A stretch of 62,963 nucleotides of DNA, filler included, from Limisphaerales bacterium (lineage in GTDB: Bacteria; Verrucomicrobiota; Verrucomicrobiia; Limisphaerales; SIBE01), in the NCBI GenBank assembly GCA_044225505.1. It is 4 parts of 4 records of this genome, joined end to end, with 100 filler letters (N's around TTAATTAATTAA, not from the genome) between each part and the next. Parts side by side here need not be neighbours in the genome. Positions count along the whole stretch, not along the records: positions 1 to 16,425 come from JBGAIN010000179.1; 3 more parts are not named here. One strand, 5' to 3'. The notes below the pieces were generated by a model. The model was not told where the DNA came from, did not search any database, and saw only the letters and a list, made by a program, of their open reading frames with translations. Of the stretch, positions 1 to 9,638 are shown in pieces (the first letter of the stretch is position 1; each line of letters opens with the position of its first letter). The translations under genes were made by a program, and so were the position numbers.

Positions 1-139
1 CGGAAATGACGCCCTCGCTCTTGTATCCAATATCGACGAGGACTTCCTTGGGTCGGACTTCAATGATAGTACCTTTAACAATTTCCCCCGCCGCAAAGCG
101 CTTTTCGCTCTGCCGCAAGGCTTCTTCCATGGTGAGCAT
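1..139 (-). CDS. rpsA: 30S ribosomal protein S1, 5' part (runs off window start)
   Basis: Manual translation [46 protein letters not shown] contains the S1 domain-1 motif VDIGYKSEG. Not in the ORF track. Confidence 0.93.
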   Translation of the reverse strand, partial: MLTMEEALRQSEKRFAAGEIVKGTIIEVRPKEVLVDIGYKSEGVIS

Positions 140-663
140 AATTTCAGTAACTAACTAAACGAGGAATTGAGAAATCGGGAGACTCGATCTGGAAGAGGTG
201 AATTGCTGTCTGCCATCACGGCGCCAGCCACTCGCCAGAGCCAAACGAAGACTCCATTGCCTAACGGACCGAACGTTGTATGACAACGGAGGGTTGAAGG
301 TTAGGTTACTCGTTAACTTCTGTTTCTCAGCCTCAAAGAACATCCGCACACGCGGGTTCAGGCACCGATTAAGATACGACTCTCTGAGGGTGAATCAAGA
401 TTGAACTTCTCTTATTTCAAGGGGCGGGACTGAGCCCGGTGAGAGGTGCTCGGATGGAGAACCAGCATTCCCAATGACGGTGCCCCCAATCCGTCCAAGC
501 GAAAGCACCTTCCTCCCGCATCCAAGTCTCTGATAAACAATAGGTAAAGCTCGTGTTGACATTTTGTCGACATTCTGTGCGACATTCAATTGGACCTTAG
601 CGCGAGTTGCGCCTCGACGCTCGACCAGAGGCCAGGGATACTCGGACTTTGCCGCTCCGACCC

Positions 664-1059
664 ATGAAGCACGACTACGATAAACAAAAGATTCGCGAAC
701 TCATCGATACCTGGATGCAAGCCACCGCAGCCGGTGACTGGGAGCGAGTGCTCAGCTTGATGGCGGAGGATGTGGTTTTCTTGATGCCGGGACGTCCACC
801 ACTTCAAGGGCGAGCGAGCTTCGCGGCGACCCTCGAGGGCGGATCAACGATGCCGCGAATCGAGGGCAGATCGGACATTCAAGAGATCCATGTCGCTGGA
901 GATTTCGCTTTCTGCTGGTCAAATTTGGCGGTGACTGTCACTCCGTCATCCGAGGGCCTTCCCATCCGCCGAGCGGGACCGGTTTTATCCGTATTTCGCC
1001 GAGAGCCGGACGGGAGTTGGGTTCTGTTCCGTGATGCCAACATGTTGGTGGCGGTGTAG
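664..1059 (+). CDS. NTF2-like YybH/DUF4440 (SgcJ/EcaC-type) protein
   Basis: IRELIDTWMQATAAGD...MAEDVVFL...LSVFRREPDGSWVLFRDANM; ATG at 664. Confidence 0.85.
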   Translation: MKHDYDKQKIRELIDTWMQATAAGDWERVLSLMAEDVVFLMPGRPPLQGRASFAATLEGGSTMPRIEGRSDIQEIHVAGDFAFCWSNLAVTVTPSSEGLPIRRAGPVLSVFRREPDGSWVLFRDANMLVAV

Positions 1060-1121
1060 GTGACAAGAGCCGTTTGCACGGTCGCTGAGTCGGCGTTGGC
1101 CCCGGGAAAAAAACGAGAGAA

Positions 1122-4100
1122 CTACCGGAGTCGCTGGATCGTCCCGGACTGCGTCACCAAAACCTCGCGCGCATCATCCGGGACGGAGTTGGTGGTCGAA
1201 TGATGGCATGGCCAACGGACAATCAACCCGGTCGGCGGCTGTGGCGTGGCCATGACTTGAACAGCGCTGTCCTGGGACCAATACCCGCTGCCAGCGTGAA
1301 TTTCTCGAGCCGGCCCAATACGGTCGGCAAACTGGAGCTGGATCACGGCACCCACCCCTTGCGAGTTTCCCGGTGAACCTCGCAGGCGAACGCGCAGGCC
1401 GGGCTGCGCCCCGCGATTGCGAAAGAGCTTCGTGGGACCATTGTTTTGCGTTATCACGAGATCCACGCGGCCGTCTCGATCAAAGTCCGACAGTGCCGCT
1501 CCGCGCTGATCTCCGAAAACTGAGATGCCCGCTTCTCCGACAGGAACTGCTTCCACACGTCCGGCCCCTCGACCCAACAGAACTAGGCCGCGGCCGGCGT
1601 CTTGACGGGGCACATGCCAAGGAACACCGAAGAAGTTCTGGGTTAAAAAAATGTCCTCGTGCCCGTCTCCGTTGAGATCAGCCACATGAACAGAGAATCC
1701 AGGACTCCATTGTGCTTCGCTAGGGAGTTCGAGGCGTTCAAAGTGATCCCCACGATTGAGAAAGATCGTGGAACTTAGGGTGGTGACGTCTAGAAATGCG
1801 GGAGCTTTTCGCGCGACGCGGAGGACTTGGGTTATGTCCGCTTCGCTAAAGGCTTGAAATGAGTGAAAGACCTCTCGCAATGGAGGCAATGCCGCACTCA
1901 GAGGTTCCAAGCGTTGTCTCGGTGCCACAATGCCTCGTTGGAGGTCCGTTTCCGTTTCGATAACGTCGATTACGCCACGATCCATGAGATCACCGTAATA
2001 GAGGCGCAACGGGTCATTCCGAGTGGCAACGTCGCGACTATTCTGACCCCAATTGGAGGCAACAATGTCAAGGCGTCCGTCTCCATCGACGTCTCCCGTG
2101 GTAACGCCATTCCACACGCCCTTGGCGTCAGCCATGCCGTAGGATCCAGTAACGTTCTTTAGAGTGCCGCGATCGTTCTTGAAGAGAAGGATTGGACCCC
2201 AATCACAGGCCAGAACCAGCTCCGGCCAATGGTCTCCGTCCAAGTCGCTCCAAACGGCGGCGGACACCAGTCCAACCGAACGCAGTGTTGGAGCATTCGT
2301 GGTATCCAAATCCCAGCGCCCCTCTCGTTGCCGGAAGATCCGTGAGGACGCCAGCTCCGGGTACCTTCCTGGGATCATCCGCCCGCCCACGAACAAATCC
2401 AGGTCGCCATCTCCATCGAGGTCAGCCAAGGCCAAGGGGCCTGTGCAATCGGCGGCGCCCGGAAAGCTGGGTGTGGCCAGGCGTCCGTTAGCGTCATACG
2501 CCAGGACGCCAGGGCTTGTTGCCAGGCCGTCTTCGTAGTTGCTCGAGCCGGCGAAGAGAACCGACGTGCCTCGGACATCCTGCAGCGCCGCCAGACCCAT
2601 CTGGCCGCGATCATTCGCTGGCGCATTGGACAGGCTCAGGGATCGCTGAAACGTGCCGTCCGGAAAACAATGGAAAATGGCTAATCTTCCGCCGCGGCCG
2701 CCGCCGATAATCAAGTCGTCCAATCCATCACCATCAAGGTCAAACCAGGCCGCGCCTGGCCCAAGTTCGCTGAGTCGTTTCGGGAGTAGCGGCTGACGAA
2801 CAAAATCATCAAACGGGGTCTGACGGTGCGAATGATGAATGCGATCACTCACATCTTCAAACAGACCGAGAGGAGCTTGAGTCTGAGGCGGCGATGCGAG
2901 CGGAAGTGAGCTCGGTTCCGAAATCTCGTAGAGGTGATTTGGCGCAACCGGGGCGACAATCGTTTCTCGTCCGCTCCGCCAGCGGATTTCCAATTGCATC
3001 TCCTTGGCCGTTCCCGGAGCGAACGCGAGGAGTGTATCACTCCCGGACAGATACTTTCCGCCGACGCTAATTTCTTGCGATTGATATGGGACCGCGCCAC
3101 CTCGCAAGATCACCCGCGCGCCGGCGGCGGCGGTATTAGGTGGCAAACCGATCAGACGAACGGCCAAACGGGGAGCGGCGCTGTCGTTGCGATAAACACC
3201 GCACAGTCCGTTGAGGTTATTAACGACAAAATCCAGATCGCCATCCCCATCCAGATCACCGACGGCGATCCCTTGGTGAACACCTGCCTGGCTAGTCCCC
3301 CACTCGCTGGTCGTCTCCTGGAAACTTGAATGACCACGATTCCGGAAGGTGATCAGGGGCATGTCTAACCTGGGGTAGAGCCGTGCATGGTTCATCATTT
3401 CTCGAGTAAAAGCCTCTTGATGCGCTTGCGCGTTCATGCCTTTGGGCCAGGAGTGTTGCAAGGCTTGAATCGCAACCGTCGCGTCCATGTCCTGCAAGTC
3501 CCGACGATGCCCTGCGGCGATGATGAGATCTTCCCATCCATCCAGATCGACATCGAGAAATACAGGTTGCCAAGACCAGTCGGACGCAAAAACGCCAGCG
3601 AAACTGGCGATTTCAGCGAAACTCCCGTCGCCGCGATTGTGGAACAAAGTATTGCACATGTACTGAGGAGGCCAAGGCGGGCCGGTCGGTGTCGGTGCGT
3701 TACGGGTTTGGGCGAGGCTTTGGCGGCGTCGCAGCGCTGGATCGCGGCTGAGCATGTCCAGGACCAGGAAATCGGTGTGTCCGTCGCGATCGACGTCGGC
3801 AAAATCGACGCCCATCGAATTCTCGCTGATGTGTCCGAGCGCAGACGATGGCGCGGCCCCGAACTGACCTTTCCCGTTGTTGATCCAGAAGCGGTCGGGG
3901 GTCCAATAGTCATTACAAACGTAAAGATCGGGAGCCCCATCACCATTGACGTCTCGAAAACTCGCACTTAGCCCCCAGTCGCCAGGGGGGCCAGCCAACG
4001 GTTTCCCGTCCTCGTCACGGAATGTCCCATCTGTCCAGGCCACCAGCTGAAACCGGCCGCGACCGTCATTGAGATAGAGAGCATCGGGTTCACCGAACTC

Positions 4101-4862
4101 GAAAACTCCATCCTTGGTGAGCAATAAACGACCTTGCAAGCCTGGGGCGAGTTGCATTCGCCCATTGACCCGTTGCACATCGATGCGACTACGGTCGCGG
4201 ATATCCTCAGTCCGGTAGTTCGCGACGTAGAGATCGAGACTGCCGTTGCCATCGACGTCAGCCAGAGCCACGGTCATGCTGCCCGCTCGCGATCGCAGCC
4301 CAGATGTTTCCGTGACGTCCTCGAAGCGGCCTTTCCCAGTATTAGAATAGTACCGTACTCCCTGCCCAAGGGTGGACACCAGCAAGTCCGGCCAACCGTC
4401 GCCGTCAACATCAGCGAAGACAGCGCCACGGCAAATCAATGGGGTCGCGCCGAGCCCAGACACCCCGGTAACATTCTCAAATCTCCAACCTCCCAGATTG
4501 CGAAATAGGGCGTTGCGCCCAGTCAGACTGCACAAAAAAATGTCGAGCTGTCCGTCTCGATCGAAATCGCCAATGGCCACGCCACTCCCGTTTTCGAGGA
4601 CCCGATTGGCGGCGCTCTCTGCGTCGGTCAATAGGTTAGTGAAGAAGACGCCGGTGCTGGTGGGAGGTAGAAGTGTGAAGCCGGTCCATCCCGCGGGACC
4701 AGGGACTAATGCCCGGATTTGCGTCGGCAGAACCGTTGGTGCATCCGCCCAACCCTTCGCGGGGCCACGGAAGTCGAATAGGGCCGTGAGAGCAACGAGA
4801 CACGAAAGTCGGAGGAGCGATCCGAGAATGGACTTGTTCAGCGCCCGATGACTGCAACCCAT
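1122..4862 (-). CDS. Secreted CRTAC1-like FG-GAP/VCBS repeat protein with two ASPIC/UnbV domains
   Basis: Signal peptide and many DxDGDGxxD repeats. Two ASPIC/UnbV motifs (AAGARV...GGKYLSGS...IRWRSG; GVGAVI...GSGYWSQDS...VRWP). Confidence 0.9.
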   Translation of the reverse strand: MGCSHRALNKSILGSLLRLSCLVALTALFDFRGPAKGWADAPTVLPTQIRALVPGPAGWTGFTLLPPTSTGVFFTNLLTDAESAANRVLENGSGVAIGDFDRDGQLDIFLCSLTGRNALFRNLGGWRFENVTGVSGLGATPLICRGAVFADVDGDGWPDLLVSTLGQGVRYYSNTGKGRFEDVTETSGLRSRAGSMTVALADVDGNGSLDLYVANYRTEDIRDRSRIDVQRVNGRMQLAPGLQGRLLLTKDGVFEFGEPDALYLNDGRGRFQLVAWTDGTFRDEDGKPLAGPPGDWGLSASFRDVNGDGAPDLYVCNDYWTPDRFWINNGKGQFGAAPSSALGHISENSMGVDFADVDRDGHTDFLVLDMLSRDPALRRRQSLAQTRNAPTPTGPPWPPQYMCNTLFHNRGDGSFAEIASFAGVFASDWSWQPVFLDVDLDGWEDLIIAAGHRRDLQDMDATVAIQALQHSWPKGMNAQAHQEAFTREMMNHARLYPRLDMPLITFRNRGHSSFQETTSEWGTSQAGVHQGIAVGDLDGDGDLDFVVNNLNGLCGVYRNDSAAPRLAVRLIGLPPNTAAAGARVILRGGAVPYQSQEISVGGKYLSGSDTLLAFAPGTAKEMQLEIRWRSGRETIVAPVAPNHLYEISEPSSLPLASPPQTQAPLGLFEDVSDRIHHSHRQTPFDDFVRQPLLPKRLSELGPGAAWFDLDGDGLDDLIIGGGRGGRLAIFHCFPDGTFQRSLSLSNAPANDRGQMGLAALQDVRGTSVLFAGSSNYEDGLATSPGVLAYDANGRLATPSFPGAADCTGPLALADLDGDGDLDLFVGGRMIPGRYPELASSRIFRQREGRWDLDTTNAPTLRSVGLVSAAVWSDLDGDHWPELVLACDWGPILLFKNDRGTLKNVTGSYGMADAKGVWNGVTTGDVDGDGRLDIVASNWGQNSRDVATRNDPLRLYYGDLMDRGVIDVIETETDLQRGIVAPRQRLEPLSAALPPLREVFHSFQAFSEADITQVLRVARKAPAFLDVTTLSSTIFLNRGDHFERLELPSEAQWSPGFSVHVADLNGDGHEDIFLTQNFFGVPWHVPRQDAGRGLVLLGRGAGRVEAVPVGEAGISVFGDQRGAALSDFDRDGRVDLVITQNNGPTKLFRNRGAQPGLRVRLRGSPGNSQGVGAVIQLQFADRIGPAREIHAGSGYWSQDSAVQVMATPQPPTGLIVRWPCHHSTTNSVPDDAREVLVTQSGTIQRLR

Positions 4863-5007
4863 AAGGTCCCTCGCAGGTTAGCGTTGGCGTGATTTAATTC
4901 TTCAAACGACTAGGACAGGTTTGCGATATGACTTCCAATCGATCGGAAGGGAGACCGGTCTTGGGCGGCGTATGGGCATGGCCCCCCGGTCTGGCCACGC
5001 TCCGCAT

Positions 5008-5038
5008 AAAAAGAGGACCGGGCTTACGCCCGGTCCTC
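5008..5038 (-). terminator. Rho-independent terminator of the PA14/LamG gene
   Basis: Minus strand reads GAGGACCGGGC-GTAA-GCCCGGTCCTC-TTTTT: a perfect 11-bp stem, GNRA loop and U-tract, 20 nt after the stop. Confidence 0.9.
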
Positions 5039-5058
5039 ATGAGCTCTAGGGAGCGACT

Positions 5059-8034
5059 TTACTGCAGCTTGTAGAACAAAGCGCCGCCCGTCGGCGTTAC
5101 TTTGAACGGACTCGCTGCGCCCGCCACCGCGGTGTAAGGGCCATTGACCGCCGGAGCGGAGAGCAATGTCCCGGTGGTCCAGCTAATGGTCACTTGACCC
5201 CCGGTGAAGGAGATGCCGCTGAAGTTAGGTGAGGTGCCACCGGTGCTGGGAGGAACGTAACCATTCTTGCCAGCTTGATAATGAATCGCGACGCGCTCCG
5301 CTGGAATCGCTTTATCGAAGATGGCGACCTCGTCGATATGACCGTGGAAGTAATTCCCCGTCACGTCGAACACGCCAGCGCCACCGATATGGACGTTATA
5401 CGTCGATGAGCCGTAATCAGAAGTGGCGCTGCCGCTCTTTCCAACCAACTTCCCGTCGAAGTAGTTATTGATGTTCTTGCCGTCTGCGATCGTGGCGACG
5501 TGATGCCATTCATTGTCTCCGAAGGTGTAGGTCGTATCGAGCGAACCACCGTTCGGGGTCCAGATCTGAATGGTCGTGCCGTTGATGAAGCCGTATTCGA
5601 TCGCGTCATTTTGTCCGACGATACCAATTCGGCTCCAAGCTGGGTCCGCCCCAACGCGATTCGTCGGATTCACCCAATACTCCAGAGTGAAGGCCTTCTG
5701 GTGATCCAGGAACTTATTCTTGGTATCGATCCATTCCTGGGTATCTGGCCCACCGAAGAACGCCGAGCGATTGTCCGATGCGAATCCAAGGAACGCGGGA
5801 GGTTGCGGACCCGCGTCGCCCTTGGCGGTCGCCGGAGTGCCACCTTCGTTCGCGGTTGCTTCGTCACCGGTGTAGTAGGCGCCATCGCCACCTTTGCTGC
5901 CGCTATTCTTTGCCACTGACCCGCTGGTCTCTTCAAAGCGGTAGAATGCGATCGGACCGTCTGCCAGGATGATATCGGCATAGCTCACGACGTTGGCTTT
6001 GAAAGTCGTCGTCGTTCCCGCTGGGACGGTGTTGCTATAGGGGTCTTTGATGCCGCCGACGGTCAAGGTGTATTCCTGTCCAGCTGTGAGTGGGCTGGTG
6101 GTCAACAGAACGGTGTCGCCCGATTCACCACGAATTGCTTTGGTCACGGTTAAACCGCCAGACAAGCTGTAGTTCCCTGCGGTTTCGGCAGTGGCTTTAT
6201 CGAGCGGTTCATCAAAAGCGACCAGGATCGCTTGTAAGCCGGTGGCCGCGACGCTCGCCACTTTCGGGGCGGCTGTGTCCGCGGCAAACGTTACATCCGC
6301 GTCGCTGCTGGTGACCGTCTTGCCGCTCGGGGCCGTTACAATGGCGTGGTACTTGCCAGTGGCCTGGGCCGTGGCGTTCGAGATGACGTAGCTGGTGCCC
6401 GTCGCGCCGGGAATATCGACTCCGTCTTTCTGCCATTTCACCGAATAGGGATAATTGAACGCCGCGGGAGTGACCGAGGCTTGAATGCTGAGATTTACTG
6501 TGCGGCCTTGCAGCAATTGAGGAATGCTCTGTGGTTGCGACGTGATCTGAGGATCGCCCAAGCTCGGCTTGGCATTGGCTCCTAGCCAGGTGCTTCCGAT
6601 CGGAGTGAGCGAGCCGGCCGGCGTCGTATCACCTTCTTTGCGCGCTGCAACTTGCAGAAAGTCGCCACCACCGCCTTCTTTCACAAAGGCGTAGAAAGCG
6701 TACTTCTTGCCCGCCGTTAAGCTAATCGGTTCGGAAGTGCGCGGGCTGTCCGGTTCCGTGAACGCATTACAGCAGCCGGTCTCTTCCGCCACCATGACCG
6801 CATTCGCTTCCTTGTCGTCCGGACTCAAGAACAACTGCGACGCGTCATCGCTCCGAATGAAGAAACGGTAGCTGCCCGTTTCGGGAGGAATAATAAACCC
6901 GCTGACTTTCGCCCCGTAGTTGTCGGCGTAACCATTTGGGGTGTCGATTGAGCTCAACAAACGGATGTCGTCCGGTGTCCCGGCGATGTACTTGGGGTCA
7001 CCCGTGAGAAGATCGACGGAAGTTCCCGTGATGTCGCTATACGCTTCAAATTTCACCACCCCTGGAGTGAAATCCGTCGACAAGGTCGCCACCGACAGAG
7101 TCACGCTCGAACTGGTGAGTGATCCGGCCGATGAAGTTATCAAGGCTTGGATCTTCGCCCCGTTGTCCGCTGCGACGGTCTTCAGGACCAACTGGTTGGT
7201 ATCGCTGTTGGGGATATCCGTGCCGTTCTTGGTCCACTTGTAGGTCACGCCGGTGACCCCGGGCGGAATATCGACACCCACGCTGAAAACGGCGTTGAAC
7301 CCGGCGTTAACCGCCGCGTCGCCTGGTTGCGCCGTAATCGTCGGAGCTGTCGCAGGAGCGAATGGCGACAAGTATTTTCCAGGGATGGGCAGAGTCGCGT
7401 CGATGCCTCCCCCATTGACCGCCACCGCGAGGTTGTCGCCGCCGCCGCCTTCTTTGACCACCGCTTCGATGTAATACGGCTTGTTGGCTTGCAACGTGAT
7501 CTTGGCACCGCCTGCGGTCGTGTCTTTGGTTTCCCATTCAGTCGCGGCAAAGGTCGAAGAGCTCTTCTTTTCGAGCGTGCCAGCTCCGACCGTGTCCCAA
7601 CTGCGTGGATTGCTCCAATTGTCCTCCTGAGCAATCAGCTTCTTATTGGCCGGACTCGAATCCGTGCTCAGGTAGAGGTTCGCATTATCGTCCGCAGAGA
7701 GGAGGAATACATAGTCACCCGCGGTTGGGGGATAAAAATACCCTTGCAGAACGGCGCCGTAGTTCTCGCCGAAGGCGTTGTTTGCGGGGGTGTTAATGTC
7801 TCCCGTCGCATTCCACTCGAAGTACGGGTAATAGAAAACGACGTCGGGTTGAGCGGGGTACTTGGCCGCGTCCGTGAGAGCGCTCACGGCGGTGCCACCG
7901 ATATTCAGGTATCCTGAGCCCTTGACGGTCCCCTGTGGGGTCGCCGGGGCTACCGGGTCCGCCGCAAAGGCAGACAGCAGGCTCATTCCCAACAGCAGGG
8001 AACTCACCGCTGGGATTCGTGTGTTTTGATACAT
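5059..8034 (-). CDS. Secreted PA14 x2 / Ig-like / LamG (concanavalin-like) multidomain protein
   Basis: Signal peptide; two PA14 motifs (YVFLLSADDNANLYLS, YRFFIRSDDASQLFLS); Ig repeats (YKWTKNG, VKWQKDG); LamG (EWHHVA...GHIDEVAIF). Confidence 0.88.
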   Translation of the reverse strand: MYQNTRIPAVSSLLLGMSLLSAFAADPVAPATPQGTVKGSGYLNIGGTAVSALTDAAKYPAQPDVVFYYPYFEWNATGDINTPANNAFGENYGAVLQGYFYPPTAGDYVFLLSADDNANLYLSTDSSPANKKLIAQEDNWSNPRSWDTVGAGTLEKKSSSTFAATEWETKDTTAGGAKITLQANKPYYIEAVVKEGGGGDNLAVAVNGGGIDATLPIPGKYLSPFAPATAPTITAQPGDAAVNAGFNAVFSVGVDIPPGVTGVTYKWTKNGTDIPNSDTNQLVLKTVAADNGAKIQALITSSAGSLTSSSVTLSVATLSTDFTPGVVKFEAYSDITGTSVDLLTGDPKYIAGTPDDIRLLSSIDTPNGYADNYGAKVSGFIIPPETGSYRFFIRSDDASQLFLSPDDKEANAVMVAEETGCCNAFTEPDSPRTSEPISLTAGKKYAFYAFVKEGGGGDFLQVAARKEGDTTPAGSLTPIGSTWLGANAKPSLGDPQITSQPQSIPQLLQGRTVNLSIQASVTPAAFNYPYSVKWQKDGVDIPGATGTSYVISNATAQATGKYHAIVTAPSGKTVTSSDADVTFAADTAAPKVASVAATGLQAILVAFDEPLDKATAETAGNYSLSGGLTVTKAIRGESGDTVLLTTSPLTAGQEYTLTVGGIKDPYSNTVPAGTTTTFKANVVSYADIILADGPIAFYRFEETSGSVAKNSGSKGGDGAYYTGDEATANEGGTPATAKGDAGPQPPAFLGFASDNRSAFFGGPDTQEWIDTKNKFLDHQKAFTLEYWVNPTNRVGADPAWSRIGIVGQNDAIEYGFINGTTIQIWTPNGGSLDTTYTFGDNEWHHVATIADGKNINNYFDGKLVGKSGSATSDYGSSTYNVHIGGAGVFDVTGNYFHGHIDEVAIFDKAIPAERVAIHYQAGKNGYVPPSTGGTSPNFSGISFTGGQVTISWTTGTLLSAPAVNGPYTAVAGAASPFKVTPTGGALFYKLQ

Positions 8035-8281
8035 ACGTATTTGGGTTGTTACTGGGCCGCAGAGCAACCGGTACCGTTAATCCTTGTTTCCGATGTACTT
8101 TGGCCACTCCGCGACAGTTGCATTAGGTTTTCGGAAACAACAGGCCTGGGAACAGGTGTGATGTTACAAAACCGTAACCTGAATGCAACTAATTTTGTGT
8201 TGCTCCGGGACGGTTTACAGCTGGAACTCGGTCGCCTGTCCTTTCCCTCTCGAGTAACCCGCCTACCTCCCGTTCAGTGGC

Positions 8282-9470
8282 TCACAAAGCGATCTCATAG
8301 GCATACCCCTTGAGGTACTCGGTCTCAGGAATCGTCGGTAGAATGGGGTGATCGGGCGATTGCGTGTAGGTTGCAGTTCGGCGGAGAACGCGGTGCGCAT
8401 CGAACGCTGCCTCTAGAATCACTTGTTCGAAGGTGACCGCATCAATGTGGTGCGAACAACAAAACGTGGCTAATGTCCCACCCCGCCTCAGGAGTTTTAG
8501 CGCGCGCAGGTGAATCTCCTTATAGCCCCGGAGCGCATCTGGAATCGAGGCGCGATTCCGCGTAAACGACGGCGGATCAAGAATAATCAGGTCGAACCGC
8601 GGCACCACTTTCTCGTGCGGACTCACTTTCGTCTGTTCGCTAAGCCAGTCAAACACATTGGCCGTCGTGAAGGAACACTTGTCCTCAACCCTGTTTGCGG
8701 CGGCGTTGCGACCAGCCGCCGCGATGGATTCGGCGCTTTGGTCGATAGCATGCACATGAGCCGCATTCGCTCTGGCCGCGTGTAACGCAAACCCTCCCAG
8801 GAAGGTGAAGCAATCCAACACTTGCCGCCCGGAAGCAAGCGCGGCCACTTCCCGGTAATTGGCCTGCTGGTCGAGGTAATATCCCGTCTTGTGTCCGGTG
8901 AGAAGGTCCACCTCGAACCCCAAGCCGTTGATTTTGACCGTTATCGGTCCTTCGAACGCACCTGCGACAACCCCGTTGGCTTCAGGCAGACCTTCGAAAC
9001 GCCGTGACGCCATTTCGTTGCGTTCGACAATCGCGCGGGGTTTAAACATGCGGTCGAGCAGGGAAACAATCATCGTTTTCCGCTGATCCATTCCGAGCGA
9101 CGAGGTTTGGATCACCAGAACATCCTCATACTTGTCAATGATCAGCCCACTGAGAAAATCGCTTTCGGCGTTAACGACGCGAAATGACGTGGCGCCGGGC
9201 ATGTGCCGTTGCCTCAGGTCGAAGGCGTTGCGGATCTTTTCCTCGAAAAACGACTCGTCAAGGTTGTGTCGCTCGGTGAATCTTCGATTTTGAATTATAG
9301 AACCCAACGCCGATGGAACGTTGACGGTGGTCTTTCACCTGGACAACCTCGCCGTCTGCTGCCGGGTGGGTTAATCGGTCAACGGAGCTGTGATAAACCC
9401 AGGGGTGACCCCTCCAGAGGCGATCGGATTCGCCCCGCTTCAGCAGGACTGTCGGCAACGTTAGTTCCAT
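8282..9470 (-). pseudogene. RlmI-family class I SAM-dependent rRNA methyltransferase, split by a frameshift near 9280
   Basis: The PUA N-terminus (RGHPWVY) is in ORF 9258-9470. The rest (ESDFLSGLIIDKY, GHKTGYYLDQ, LDPPSF) is in another frame, 8282-9307. Confidence 0.8.
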
Positions 9471-9638
9471 ATCTCAAAAACCCTCACTCCTCGAACCGAT
9501 GAAAGCCAGCAATTTGATTTTAAACCGTGCGATGAGGCCTGACTCCAGACTGAATCATAAGTTAGATTTGCTGAAAATAATAGACGTGGGCAGTAGTAAT
9601 ATTAAATTGAGAGTTGTTCAACCACTCACGCTTATCCT

